Below are positions 28,158 to 40,746 of a stretch of DNA of 64,000 bases, piece after piece. This DNA comes from Octopus vulgaris. Taxonomy: Eukaryota. The stretch covers positions 69,440,001-69,504,000 of the forward strand of contig OX597822.1 of assembly GCA_951406725.2 (NCBI GenBank). Direction: 5' to 3'. The first letter of the stretch is position 1. Each line of letters starts with the position of its first letter. The translations under genes and the position numbers were made by a program. The notes below the pieces were generated by a model, which ran no database searches, was not told the origin of the DNA, and saw only the letters and a program-made list of their open reading frames with translations.

Positions 28158-28594
28158 ACAAGAATAAGAATGGAGAAAAACACATCTTTAATTGGTGCTT
28201 TTACTATGCATTAGCGAAGATCGTTCTAGCGTGCCAACATATTTAGATGTAGAAAAAAGTATAAAATACCGCGCCTAACACAATGTTATCAAGGCAGTCC
28301 AAAATGGGTTAAATTCAAAGTGAACTAAGAAAATATATCGAATAAATGAACCCATACAAAAAGAACGTTAAGAAAAGCCAGTTTAGTATTCAAGTTTTTA
28401 ATGACGTAAAAAGATAACAACAGAATAAAAAAAAAGAATTTAACATAAACATAGAATTCTACTTCAGGACAATTTGTTATCTTTCTATTAAATATGCACA
28501 AAAATTGCTTTTAGAAAAATTATGCGTATTAGATTATAGAAAAAGAAATTATAATGAACAGATTATAAAGTATTGAAATATATGTACTTATGTA

Positions 28595-29100
28595 CAGGGG
28601 TTGGACAAAATAATGGAAACACCTTAAAATTTCAAACAAATTTATTTTAATATGGGGTAGGACCGCCTTTGGCAGTAATTACAGCTTGAATTCTACGAGG
28701 TATGGAACTCGTACAAAGTTTCAATTGTTTCCAAAGGAATTTGTGTCCATTCTTCAGCTAAAACAGTCTCCAGTTCTTGTAGTGAGGGTGGTGGAGGATA
28801 TCGACTCCTTACTTGTTTTTCTAAAATGCACCACCACTGTGGTGGCCAGATAAGATGTTCAACTACAGTAGAATGTTCCTCGTGCCATTCAGTAACAACG
28901 TCAGCTGTGTGAATTGGTGCATTATCATCCTGAAAGACTGCGTTTCCCTCCGGAAACAGTTCTGCAACCATAGAATGAATTTGATCATATAAAATGCTTA
29001 AATAGTCTTGACTGTTAATTCTGCCATGAAGGGAAACCATTGGGCTGCCGGATTTCCAAGATATAGCCCCCCATCAGATCATCACAGATCCTCCCCTATG
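28595..29100 (-). mobile_element. Tc1-like transposon, 3' fragment
   Basis: TIR TA-CAGGGGTTGGACAAAATAATGGAAACACC. Transposase GGSVMI..., FQDDNAPIHTA and HLIWPPQ, with the SPDLNxIE segment deleted. Confidence 0.85.
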
Positions 29101-29300
29101 CATCCTCTATCGAGCTCTTGTCAATTTATTTCACAATAAAATTTTCTGCATGCCTTCGATCTATTTGTGTCTACTAATAAATTACATTGAACATAAACTT
29201 CGATATTAACAAGTTGTATCTACCTTAAGGTTAGTGAAGAGTAACGAAGTTTTTTTGGACATTATAACTCCTAAATATTTGAAATGAGCAAACATTTGAT

Positions 29301-29308
29301 TATATAAA
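29301..29308 (+). promoter_or_regulatory. Candidate TATA box of VWA gene A
   Basis: TATATAAA 131 nt upstream of the ATG at 29432. The paralogue has the same octamer 140 nt upstream of its ATG. The AT-rich background lowers specificity. Confidence 0.4.
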
Positions 29309-29431
29309 GAAATAAAATTACAGACATGATAAGATTAGAACAGCTTTTGAAAAGAAAACATTTGCAGAATTTCCCAGGATCAGCTTATTTATATACTGTC
29401 ATGACCTAGTCATTTGTTATTATTACTCAAC

Positions 29432-29513
29432 ATGGCTCCCTTCCTGCTTTTCGCTGTGTCTCTGACGATCCTACAGCTTGGCAATGCCTTGCCACTTATG
29501 AAAGAACTATCAG
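29432..29513 (+). CDS. Secreted VWA-domain protein A (matrilin/cartilage matrix protein-like), exon 1: signal peptide
   Basis: caacATGG start. MAPFLLFAVSLTILQLGNA-LPLMKELS has a hydrophobic core and a G-N-A cleavage site. Donor TCAG|gtagtg, 82 nt, phase 1, matching the phase-1 acceptor at 33258. Not in the ORF track. Confidence 0.85.
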
Positions 29514-29827
29514 GTAGTGATATTTTTTTAATTTTTGGCTAGTAATTTACACGTTATTGTTGCTATTACTGTTGTTGTTGTCGTTATTCACTGGACTGGA
29601 TATTCGTTAGAGAGTCGGACTAAATACTTTGCGGCATTTCTTCTGTGTGTGTGTGTGTTTATGTGTGTGCGCGCGTGCGTGTATGTGTGTTAGTATATAT
29701 ATATATATATGTACCTACACACACACATAGACACATACATATACACATACACACATACATACATATATGCATACATACATATAATGACATATATAAGGGT
29801 AATATATAAAAAAATGTATATAATGTA

Positions 29828-30268
29828 TAGGTGTGGCTGCATGGTTGAGGTGCTGCTTTCCTAACCATGTGATTTCAGGTTCAGTCCCACTGTGTGGTAC
29901 CTTGGACAAGTGTCTTCTACATTTGCTCCGTGTCGATCAAAGCCATGAAACTGGATATGGCAGACAGAAAATATGTGTATGTGTGTGCGTGTGTTTGTAT
30001 GTATGGATGTATGAATGTACGTATGTATGTTTGTATATATATGTGTGTGTTTATGTGTGCGTATGTGTCTGTTTCTGTGTTTTTGTCCTCCCACTATCGC
30101 TTGACAACCGATGTTGGTGTGTTCACGTCCCCGTAACTTAGTGGTTCGACAAAACAGACCTATAGAATAATTACTAGGCTTACAACGAATAAGTCCTAGG
30201 ATCGATTTGTTCGACTAAAGGTAGTGCTCCTGCATGGCTACAGTCAAATGACTGAAACAAGTAAAAAT
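29828..30268 (+). mobile_element. SINE family 2 copy (intron 1 of VWA gene A)
   Basis: Same head, core and 3' end as the other family 2 copies. Confidence 0.85.
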
Positions 30269-30778
30269 ATATATATATGGGGATATTTAGACCTCTTATA
30301 GGGATCATTTTTATCCAAGATACACTAGTTCAATATACTGTATTTTGAAGAGATATTTCTTCAATGAATATATTATTATATAAAATATAATAAAATATCA
30401 AATATTATTATTAAGTTTAAAAGCGGGGAGATCTAATGGATACAAATTAATTTATTAATTAATTAACACCTTCACCTATATTTGTTTCATTTCTCAACCA
30501 AAATTACAAGTACAAAACATATATAAATATATAACCTTGTATTTTAAAATACCTTGGATGGAATGACATCAGGGAGTACAAAAGGACAATACAATGATTA
30601 CATTATGATTCGTTGGAATACTCCAATATATATTATATATTTATATATGCTTTGTAATTTTAATTTTGGTTTAAAAATGAAACAGTTGTAAGTGAAAATG
30701 TTAATTAATTGATAAATTAATTTGTTTCCATTAGATCTCTCCGTTTTCAAACTTAATAATAATATAACAATATATATA

Positions 30779-30827
<49 letters not shown>

Positions 30828-31083
30828 GCGCGTGGCTTAGTGGTTGGTGTGTCAGCATCATGATCGGAAGATTGTGGTTTCGATTGCTGGACCGGGCGAC
30901 GCGTTGTGTTCTTGAGCAAAACACTTCATTTCACGTTGCTCCAGTCCACTCAGCTGGCAAAAATGAGTAACGTTTTGATGGTCTGGAGTCCCGTCCATCT
31001 GGGGAACACATACGCCATAGAAAGCGGGAAACTGGGCCCATAAGCCTGGCTAGGCTTTAAAAGGGCGCATTTATTTATTATTT

Positions 31084-31191
<108 letters not shown>

Positions 31192-31304
31192 GAAATTCGG
31201 GGTGAGTACTTGATAATTATAAGCACCTGTGTATACCGTTTGGTGGTGTAGGTGGTGGAGTAAATTGATCAAAATAAAAATAAAAACATGAGGCGAAGGA
31301 TTCA

Positions 31305-31382
31305 GCGGTACATATGTTTCGGGCCTTTATTAGACAGATTTATAACAAAGCATAATGTATGTCTGTGGCCTTCTTCAGCCGC
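31305..31382 (-). ncRNA. Type I hammerhead ribozyme motif, mirror copy in the left arm
   Basis: Exact reverse complement of 32606-32683. Confidence 0.72.
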
Positions 31383-32605
31383 GCACAACAGCTTCCACAA
31401 GGACATGTGTTACATCAAAAATTCTTGGTTGGGGATGCAAATCCTCTCGTTCACGTACGACATAATGCGGCAGCAGCATAGAATTGAAGCGTCCATCTCT
31501 TTCCTCTCTCAATGTAGAATGAGGAAACTTGGATGTTGAGGTAATGTAAATAAATAAATACGTATATAGAGGTGAAGATGGAGGGGCGAGAGTTCGGGAC
31601 GAGGGATAAGAAATATATATAAAAAATGTACGTATAGAATAATATAAAAATGTAGAGGATAAAGATATAAAGAGTTGTAAGGAGATGTAAAGGGGGTATA
31701 AAGAAATATAAAGAAATATAAATAAATGTAAAGGCATAAGGTTGTAAAGTAAAAATAGAAATGGAAATAATAGTAAAAGAAGTAAAAGAACCTGATAAAA
31801 ACATGATAAAAGTGTAAAAGAATGTAAAGATAAGGGATGTATAGAGGTCGCGGACCAAGCATGGTGGTCAGGAGATTGATAAAACTTAGTTGTAGAACTG
31901 TCAGTAAATTAACAGTTTCGTCGTAAATCAGAGCTGATGAGAATTTAATCTGGTTCTTTGAATTAAATGGACTTCCAGTACATACATATCATCATGGATA
32001 CATACACCCACATACACGCGTACATATACGTCTCCAAGCCTATAAGCATACACACGCATTCGCGTGTAAACACGTACATAAACACACACGCACCCACACT
32101 AAGTTTTATCAATCTCCTGACCACCATGCTTGGTCCGCGACCTCTATACATCCCTTATCTTTACATTCTTTTACACTTTTATCATGTTTTTATCAGGTTC
32201 TTTTACTTCTTTTACTATTATTTCCATTTCTATTTTTACTTTACAACCTTATGCCTTTACATTTATTTATATTTCTTTATATTTCTTTATACCCCCTTTA
32301 CATCTCCTTACAACTCTTTATATCTTTATCCTCTACATTTTTATATTATTCTATACGTACATTTTTTATATATATTTCTTATCCCTCGTCCCGAACTCTC
32401 GCCCCTCCATCTTCACCTCTATATACGTATTTATTTATTTACATTACCTCAACATCCAAGTTTCCTCATTCTACATTGAGAGAGGAAAGAGATGGACGCT
32501 TCAATTCTATGCTGCTGCCGCATTATGTCGTACGTGAACGAGAAGATTTGCATCCCCAACCAAGAATTTTTGATGTAACACATGTCCTTGTGGAAGCTGT
32601 TGTGC

Positions 32606-32683
32606 GCGGCTGAAGAAGGCCACAGACATACATTATGCTTTGTTATAAATCTGTCTAATAAAGGCCCGAAACATATGTACCGC
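32606..32683 (+). ncRNA. Type I hammerhead ribozyme motif (PLE-type, palindromic stem III)
   Basis: GCGG-CUGAAGA-A-GGCC..AGACA...UGUCU..GGCC-C-GAAA-CAUAUG-UA-CCGC: stem I GCGG/CCGC, intact CUGAnGA and GAAA boxes, extended stem II, palindromic ACAUAUGU stem III and a GUA triplet. Confidence 0.72.
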
Positions 32684-32703
32684 TGAATCCTTCGCCTCAT
32701 GTT

Positions 32704-32766
<63 letters not shown>

Positions 32767-33257
32767 TTTACTTGTTCCAGTCATTGGAGTGCGGCTACAC
32801 GGGGGCGCTGCCTTGAAGGGTACGGTCGAACAAATCGATCCCAGTGCTTTTCTCTTAAAATTTGACACTTATTGTATCGCTCTCTTTTGATGAACCGCAA
32901 ACGTATGGGGACGCAAACAAACGGACACCGATTGTCAAGCGACAGTAGAAGAATAAACATAGACATAAAGATACACATAGTCATGTGTGTATATACACTT
33001 TTGAGTGTGTAGTGTCTGTAGTATATATTGTACATGTTTGTACTCTAAAATAACAAACTTCTTTGATAAAAACAAAGAAAATTAAAATCATTATAGCATT
33101 CTAGATTGTTCATGTTCGTCAGATTTATATTTCTCATTATGTATAACGATGTTAATTAAAAATCCGCTAATTAATAAGAAATTTATTCATAGTGATTTCA
33201 CTATTTTCTTTTTTTCTTTTTGCATTTATATTTATATAATATTTTCTATCTTTACAG

Positions 33258-33818
33258 AATGCGATAACCCAGCCGATATTGTTTTCCTCCTAGACTGCTC
33301 TACTAGCATGTATCCTGCTCAATTCAAGCAACAATTAGCTTTTGTGAATAATTTTACTGAAGGTATGGATATCGACAATGGAACCATTAGAATAGCAGTG
33401 GTCACCTTCAGTACCACTGTCCAGACAGAATTCAATTTGAATGCATATAAAACTAAAGCAGAAATGCAAAAGGCTATTTCAGATATTTTATATCTTGGTG
33501 GCAGGACTCACACTTGGTTAGCATTGGATCATATCCGTCAAGAAATATTCACTACAGACAATGGAGGACGAATTGGTGTGCCCAAAATTGTTATTATGAT
33601 TACTGATGGTGGATCTAATGAAAAGAAGAAAACTATAGAAGCAGCCAAAATCCTACATAAAGACCCTCTTCGAGTTTTCACTATTGGCATAGGACCAAGT
33701 GTTGATACGGATGAGTTGAAAGCTATAGCATCGAAACCAACTAATATATTCCAGATCGATAAATTTGATGCCCTTAAAGCTTTAACATCTGAAATCATTA
33801 AAAACGTTTGTATCAAAG
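33258..33818 (+). CDS. Secreted VWA-domain protein A, exon 2 (VWA domain 1)
   Basis: Acceptor tttacag|AA, donor AAAG|gtttgt; 561 nt, phase 1-1. Shows ADIVFLLDCSTS (MIDAS DxSxS), GGRTHT, ITDGGS and VFTIGIG, with a Cys at each end of the domain. Confidence 0.95.
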
Positions 33819-34793
33819 GTTTGTTTCATATTTCCGATTTCTTTTTTCCTTTCAAGATCATAAAAAGGTTTGGTAATTTGGGGTCATTTAGAAACAACTT
33901 TAAAGTTAAAATTATATAACAAACAAGGTAAAACAAATAGTGTTTAGATATCTATAAAATAAAAAGGGCTTAGGTATATAGCGCAAAGAAGTATGAATTT
34001 GGATTAGGCAGAAGACTATGTCCTGAATGCCGCACAAAATTTTCGGGGGAAATTTGAAAATTTTAAGATGGTGAACTGATAGAATCTTAGGGCGTCAGAC
34101 GAAAATGGTTAGCGGTACTTCTGGTTGTTTATATTCTGAGTTCAAATCTCCTCTAGGTCATCTTCGCCTTTCATCATTTCGAGATCGATAAAATAAAATA
34201 TTACTCAAGTACTATGACATGTAATCGACTAACCCGCCCATCGCCCAAAAAATAAATAAAATTGCTAAATTTATACCAAAACTTGAAACAAATTTTGGAA
34301 ATTTTCCTTTGAATGAGAGACGGAAAACAGAAATCTGACAGCAATTATAAGCGATCCTTAAGCAAGACCGAGAGTTAATTTCAGGATGTTAAGAATAAAT
34401 TTCATAAGTTAATTTGCATGTTAGGGAAAGAATATTTCGATCTTTGTTATATAAAATGGTAAACTATGTATATATGTTTCGGTTTGTTTGACGTCATCAT
34501 CATTGTACAGTCTTACCTTGCTTCCAGATGCATTTTTATATCTAGAAAAAGAACTAGGTTGCTAACAGACAGGTGCATATATACATATTTGTCCCTTACC
34601 GTTAACAAATATCAAGCTGCCCTTTGTCTGTAAATAAACTCGTGTTTCATACCTGAAATTATCTCCTCTATTCTTTTTCGCTTTCAGTCATCCAGTCAGG
34701 AAATTTCAAAATGTAATATATATCCATACGTTTAATAATTAAGTTATGTTTGTTTTATCGCTTCTTATATTTGATGCTTTTTTGATATTGCAG

Positions 34794-35377
34794 TGTGTGG
34801 AGTGCATCCATCTGATATTATCTTTCTGTTAGACGAGTCAACCAGTATTTATGATGATGATTTTGGAATACAGCTAAGTTTCTTGATTTCGTTCATAAGA
34901 GACAGTGTAATTGGCATTAATGCCACACAAATCGGAGTGGTTACATTCAGTAGCAATGTTATATATCGGATAAAACTGAACCAGTTTTCGAAATCGAAGG
35001 ATCTGGAGAATGCTGTTCTTAGTATTAACCGGAACCATGGCGACACAAACACTGGAGATGCCCTGAAGCTTATTCGCGAGGAAGGCTTTACCAAAGCAAA
35101 TGGCGGTCGTGATGGTGTGCCACATATTCTCATTGTCATTACAGATGGACAAGCACAGAGTCCAGAGAAGACGGCTCGTGAGTCTGCAGCTATCCATAAA
35201 ACAGATATTGCGATCTTTACTATTGGAATCGGGCCGGCGGTGAAACCTTCAGAGCTACGAATGATTGCAGGTGCAGATGATAAAGTGTTCAGAACTGCAA
35301 GTTATTCTACTTTAAAGACCATAGAAAAAACTCTTTTTACAAAAGTTTGTCGCGTTGAGGTCATTAAAAATGATTAA
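34794..35377 (+). CDS. Secreted VWA-domain protein A, exon 3 (VWA domain 2, terminal)
   Basis: Acceptor atattgcag|TG, phase 1. Shows SDIIFLLDESTS, GDTNT and ITDGQ. Stop TAA 35375-35377, AATAAA at 35399-35404. Total CDS 82+561+584=1227 nt (408 aa). Confidence 0.95.
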
Positions 35378-35528
35378 CAAATCTTTTGAATGTATCACAA
35401 TAAATAGCAATTAAAATCGTATGTCTAATAGTGATTATCTACAGGTATATCGTCGTCGTCGTTGTCACGTCATCATCATCATCACCACCATCATCACAGT
35501 CATCGTCGTCATCATCATCATCATACAG

Positions 35529-35563
<35 letters not shown>

Positions 35564-35674
35564 ATTCTCGTCATCGACGTCTTCTACTTGTCAGTGCCGT
35601 CGTCCATGTCCATCATTTTAATCATCATCGCCGTAGTCATCACTATCATTGCCATGTGATAGCGTTTTATACTC

Positions 35675-35892
35675 CCTTTACTCTCTTTTACTCTTTTACT
35701 TGTTTTAGTCATTTGACTCGGCCATGCTGGAGCACCGCCTTTAGTCGAGAAAATCGACCCTAGGACTTATTCTTTGTGAGCCTACTACTTATTCTATCGG
35801 ATCTCTTTTGCCGAACCACTTAGTTAAGGGAACGTAAACACACCAGCATCGGTTGTCAAGCGATGTTGGGGGAGACAAACACAGACAGACAA

Positions 35893-35935
<43 letters not shown>

Positions 35936-36102
35936 TACGACGGGCTTGTTTCAGTTTCCGTCTACCAAATCCACTCACAAGACTTTTCTCGGCTCGAGGC
36001 TATAGTAGAAGACACATGCCCAAGGTGCCACGCAGTGCGACTAAACCCGGAACCAATGTGGTTGGTAATCAAGCTACTTACCACACACCCACTCCTGCGC
36101 CT
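35675..36102 (-). mobile_element. SINE family 2 copy
   Basis: Full-length reverse-oriented copy. Confidence 0.85.
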
Positions 36103-36331
36103 ATACATACGATATCTTTCCATAAGAGGAAACATGTATAATATATTGAATAGGTCTAATTATTAGATTACTTCTGACTTTGAAGATTTCGTCATAACAA
36201 CATAGCATTTTGCATTAAGAGTGGATAACATGATTAATAGATTGAGCCCCATAATATTACCGACGCTTCTCTTATTGTTACTGGAAAGTGCTAAGTCAAA
36301 ATCAACTTACATATGCAAATCAGTAAAATAA

Positions 36332-36741
36332 TACTCTTTTACACTTTTGTTTCAGTCATTTGACTCGGCCATGCTGGAGCACCGCCTTTAGTCGAGAAAA
36401 TCGACCCTAGGACTTATTCTTTGTGAGCCTACTACTTATTCTATCGGATCTCTTTTGCCGAACCGCTAAGTTACGGGGACGTAAACACACCAGCATCGGT
36501 TGTCAAGCGATGTTGGGGGAGAGAAACACAGACACACAAACATACACACACGTATATATATATATATATAAATATATACGACGGGCGTCTTTTAGTTTCC
36601 GTCTACCAAATCCACTCACAAGGCTTTGGTCGGCCCGAGGCTATAGTAGAAGACGGAAACTGAAACAAGGTGCCACGCAGTGGGACTGAACCCAGAACCA
36701 TGTGGCTGGTAGGCAAGCTACTTACCACACAGCCACAGCCT
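36332..36741 (-). mobile_element. SINE family 2 copy
   Basis: Reverse copy sharing unusual bases with 35675-36102 (GACTCGGCC, TCTTTGTGAGCCTACTACTT, ATCGGATCTC). Confidence 0.85.
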
Positions 36742-36999
36742 AATAGTTTCAAATTTTTACACAAGACTAACAATTTTAAGAGAGGGGTTGTGTTCAATTC
36801 CCAAAAGGTTGAAAGGCAAAGTCGACCTCAGCGGAGTTTGAACCCAGATCGTAAAAAGCCGGAAAAATGCTACTAAGCACATTCTCCAATTCGCTAACGA
36901 TTCCACCAGCTCGCCACGTTGAAGCACTGAAATAATATAACAGTGTAACAATTAGATTTTGAATAAGCTGCAGTCAATAAGAATTTATTGCATAAACAT

Positions 37000-37405
37000 A
37001 GGCGCAGGAGTGGCTGTGTGGTAAGTAGCTTGCTAACCAACTACATGGTTCAGGGTTCAGTCCCACTGCGTGGCATTTTGGACAAGTGTCTTCTGCTATA
37101 GCCCCGGGCCGACCAATGCCTTGTGAGTGGATTTGGTAGACGGAAACTGAAAGAAGCCTGTCGTATATATGTATATATATATATATGTATGTATGTATGT
37201 GTGTTTGTGTGTCTGTGTTTGGCCCCTAGCATTGCTTGACAACCGATGCTGGTGTGTTTACGTCTCCGTCACTTAGCGGTTCGGCAAAAAGAGACCGATA
37301 GAATAAGTACTGGGCTTACAAAGAATAAGTCCCGGGGTCAATTTGCTCGACTAAAGGCGGTCTCCAGCATGGCCGCAGTCAAATGACTGAAACAAGTAAA
37401 ATAAA
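37000..37405 (+). mobile_element. SINE family 2 copy
   Basis: Full-length forward copy, inverted relative to the two preceding copies. Confidence 0.87.
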
Positions 37406-38746
37406 GAAAGAAATAGGAGCAGTTTTTAGAGAACGGGAAATAATTCCCATATATTAATAATAATTATTTCTTCGAGCAAGAAATACTGAAAAGCAAAGCC
37501 AATACTGATGGATTTTGGTTATGGAATCGAGAAAACCGAAACTGAGTAGTGTAATACATTTAATTAGTGCTGAATACGCAGAAGTTTAAGGGCAAATAAT
37601 TATTGAATAAAAGGAATGTTGATTAACTCTGTACCGCAGTGTACTTCTTGCACTTACTTTATTAACATCATGAAAATAAAATACAAGGTTAAGTTTTTTT
37701 AACTTTCATTTATTGAGATTTTTTTAAATAGTTCAAATGCAATATTGCTTGATTTTACTAAAATTAGTATGAATAACTTTAGAAAGGGACAACTTGATAA
37801 TATAATCCTAAAGTCATTTTATATGTGGACCATGCTTTAGCTCATTTAGTCATCTGAATACCGTTGGTTAGTTTTACATAGTATATTAAGGAAAACCATG
37901 TTTCAATTTTTACCAACAGGAACAATTAAAAATCGATTAAAAGCCTACGAAACCAATGTCAAACTTACAGCATTTCTATTTCATGCAACAGCAAACTATC
38001 AACATTAATGGCACTTACATAAATCTAACTGTTCAATGCATTGGGGAGATAGGTTTCTGATAGCGGCTACCTCGCAGCTATGGGTATAGTCCTTGAATTT
38101 TAATTTTCAGAGTATAGTCAACATGTACGCCATTGAATTAATACTTTGTGTCTTAAGCTGTTTTACATTACACTTTAAACCACGAGATCTTAAACCAAAT
38201 AAATCTGGAATTAGATGAATATACAACACTCTAATATAACAAAATATCCATCGAATAAATGTTTTGGCAGAGGTATCATATGGTCAAGTCACTTAGACGT
38301 CAACTGAGTGAGTATTCTGTTATATTTGCATCGTAATAATATTGCAAGGTCATAACAAGAGTTTCGATATGTTTCTGGTATAGAAATATTTGAAATAGAT
38401 GCATTTCCAATACTTTTAACAACTTTTATACGGAATTAGTGTGGTGCTTAATCACAACTGAGTAGTTTTGATGTAGGAGGTTTTTCCATGTGAAAAATAT
38501 GTATCCCTGAAAAAACAATTGAGAATCGTTATCCAGTGTTTTCAGAGTTGCTCGAAATTCAATAATACTGTAACGATCTCGTATGCAACTTCAGAACTAA
38601 ATACAGTATAATATAACACACACACTCACCCACATCTGAAAAAATGAGGCAATCAAAAATATTGGGAAAATATCTTCTATTCTAGCCTCGGGCCGACCAA
38701 AACCTTGTGAATTGTTCTGGTAGACAGAACCTGAAAGAAACGCGTC

Positions 38747-38777
<31 letters not shown>

Positions 38778-38977
38778 AGTTTATATAAATAAGATCGTTT
38801 TTTTAAATACCAATCATATCAAATGGCTAGCATGAGAATAAAAACTTCATAGTTAATAATTATTAAAATTATAATTAAGGGTATCTAAAAGGTACCATCA
38901 TGCTAGAGATAGCAGTCAAAACTTGACTCTAAAACCAATATTTTTTTATGTGGTTTTAGAGTATGTATGTATGTATG

Positions 38978-39050
<73 letters not shown>

Positions 39051-39056
39051 TGTATG

Positions 39057-39112
<56 letters not shown>

Positions 39113-39323
39113 CACATATATATTTGTGTATGTATTCTATGTGAAAGAAAAAGCACTATGTGATTAAATGTTCGAGATACGAAATGTTACGTGGATGACC
39201 TTATATTTATTTGTTCTGCAACCATAGTTTAATATATTTGTCTCATTTAATTGTGCAACCATAGTTTAATATATATATTTGTGTGTGTGTGTGTGTGTAT
39301 GTGTGTGTGTGTGTGTGTGTATG

Positions 39324-39393
39324 TATTTATTTATATTAAGGGCATTACTATACTAGAATTCTAGTGTAGTAATGCCCTTAATATAAATAAATA
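39324..39393. repeat. 70-bp spacerless palindrome centred on GAATTC
   Basis: TATTTATTTATATTAAGGGCATTACTATACTAGAA|TTCTAGTGTAGTAATGCCCTTAATATAAATAAATA; one G-T mismatch. Confidence 0.9.
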
Positions 39394-39509
39394 TATTTTA
39401 AAGGGAATTAATTATAATCTTTCCCTTACGAGGTCTTTCATGCTAACTACTTGATAAATTCTTATAAAGATTTTATCCTATTTTTAAATTTTAAATTTAA
39501 CCGGTATAT

Positions 39510-39541
<32 letters not shown>

Positions 39542-40129
39542 TGTATGTATGTATGTATGTATGTATGTATGTATGTATGTATGCATGTATGTATATATAT
39601 ATAATATTTAAAATAAAATGAAAAATATATTTTTTTAAATGAGGATAAGTGTAGAATTAAGTGAAAATAAATGAAAAAATACATATATAGAGATACGTGT
39701 GGAGGAAGAAAATAGAAAAGCAGTAAGTGTACAAAAGGCAGTTTAAATAGAGAGAAGTGGGTAGAGAGAGTTATGGTGATGATCAGTATTTTAATACAAT
39801 TCCAGAAGATGATAACTGGAGTTGTAAATGTATGATTCTATACTAAGTTGGTGATAAACTCATGCGCCCAGTCTAATTTGGCAACACCTAGTAATAAGTG
39901 AAAGGATAGGCAGCATAAGAGTCAAAGGTCACTAAATATAAACTTATATAATTTGGTAAAGAGGTATAAGATCCAAAGGACACTAACACAAAGCCTGTAC
40001 TCACGAAGTACAATCACTTTAACACATAGAAGGACTTCACCTGTGCACACCAAAATATATATAAATATATACACACACATAATATATATACATACATACG
40101 TATATGTGTTGTGTGTGTGTGTTTGTAGG

Positions 40130-40176
<47 letters not shown>

Positions 40177-40179
<3 letters not shown>

Positions 40180-40530
40180 AGAATTCCCGAAAATACCACA
40201 AGACGAAGACAGGTGGTGTAGAAAACAAACAGATGTATTAGTATAACGCTCGGAGATTGAAAAGTCATTAACGTTTCGAGCCTACGCTCTTCCACAGACG
40301 GGAACACAGAAAGAAACGAGAGAAACAAGGAGAGAAAAAATGTGTGTAGTGGCTACCGATCTATCATGGCGACTGCCGGACAGAAGGGTTACACAGGAGG
40401 GCGAAGAAGTAGGGGAGTAACAAAACAATAGTGATCCCAACACGAAGGTGAGTAGATGTAAGAGAGTACGTAGGTGCGTGTGAAAGAGGGCTGGTGGTCT
40501 TGACGTGTATATATTTACGTATATATTTAC

Positions 40531-40580
<50 letters not shown>

Positions 40581-40746
40581 GCATTTTTTCTCTCCTTGTT
40601 TCTTTTCTGTGTATCTTTCTGTCGAAGAGCGTAGGCTCGAAACGTAAAAGACTTGTTCTATTTCCATTCCTGAGCGCCATACTAATACATTCGTTTGTTT
40701 GTACTCCACCTGCCTACGTCATTTGTTTATTTTCGTAAACCTGCCC

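Noticed and set aside
31934-31965. CTGATGA box in the inverted-repeat spacer as a third hammerhead
   Set aside because: No GAAA box follows the possible stem II, and stems I and III cannot be formed.
31288-32868. Mirror-image ORFs of 117-170 aa on both strands
   Set aside because: They arise from the inverted repeat and its T-rich strand bias; not protein-like.
34688-34712. Possible micro-exon between the VWA exons of gene A (good acceptor ctttcag, gt at 34713)
   Set aside because: It is 25 nt (17 or 13 nt from the nearby AGs), which would shift the frame; the direct phase-1 join already works.
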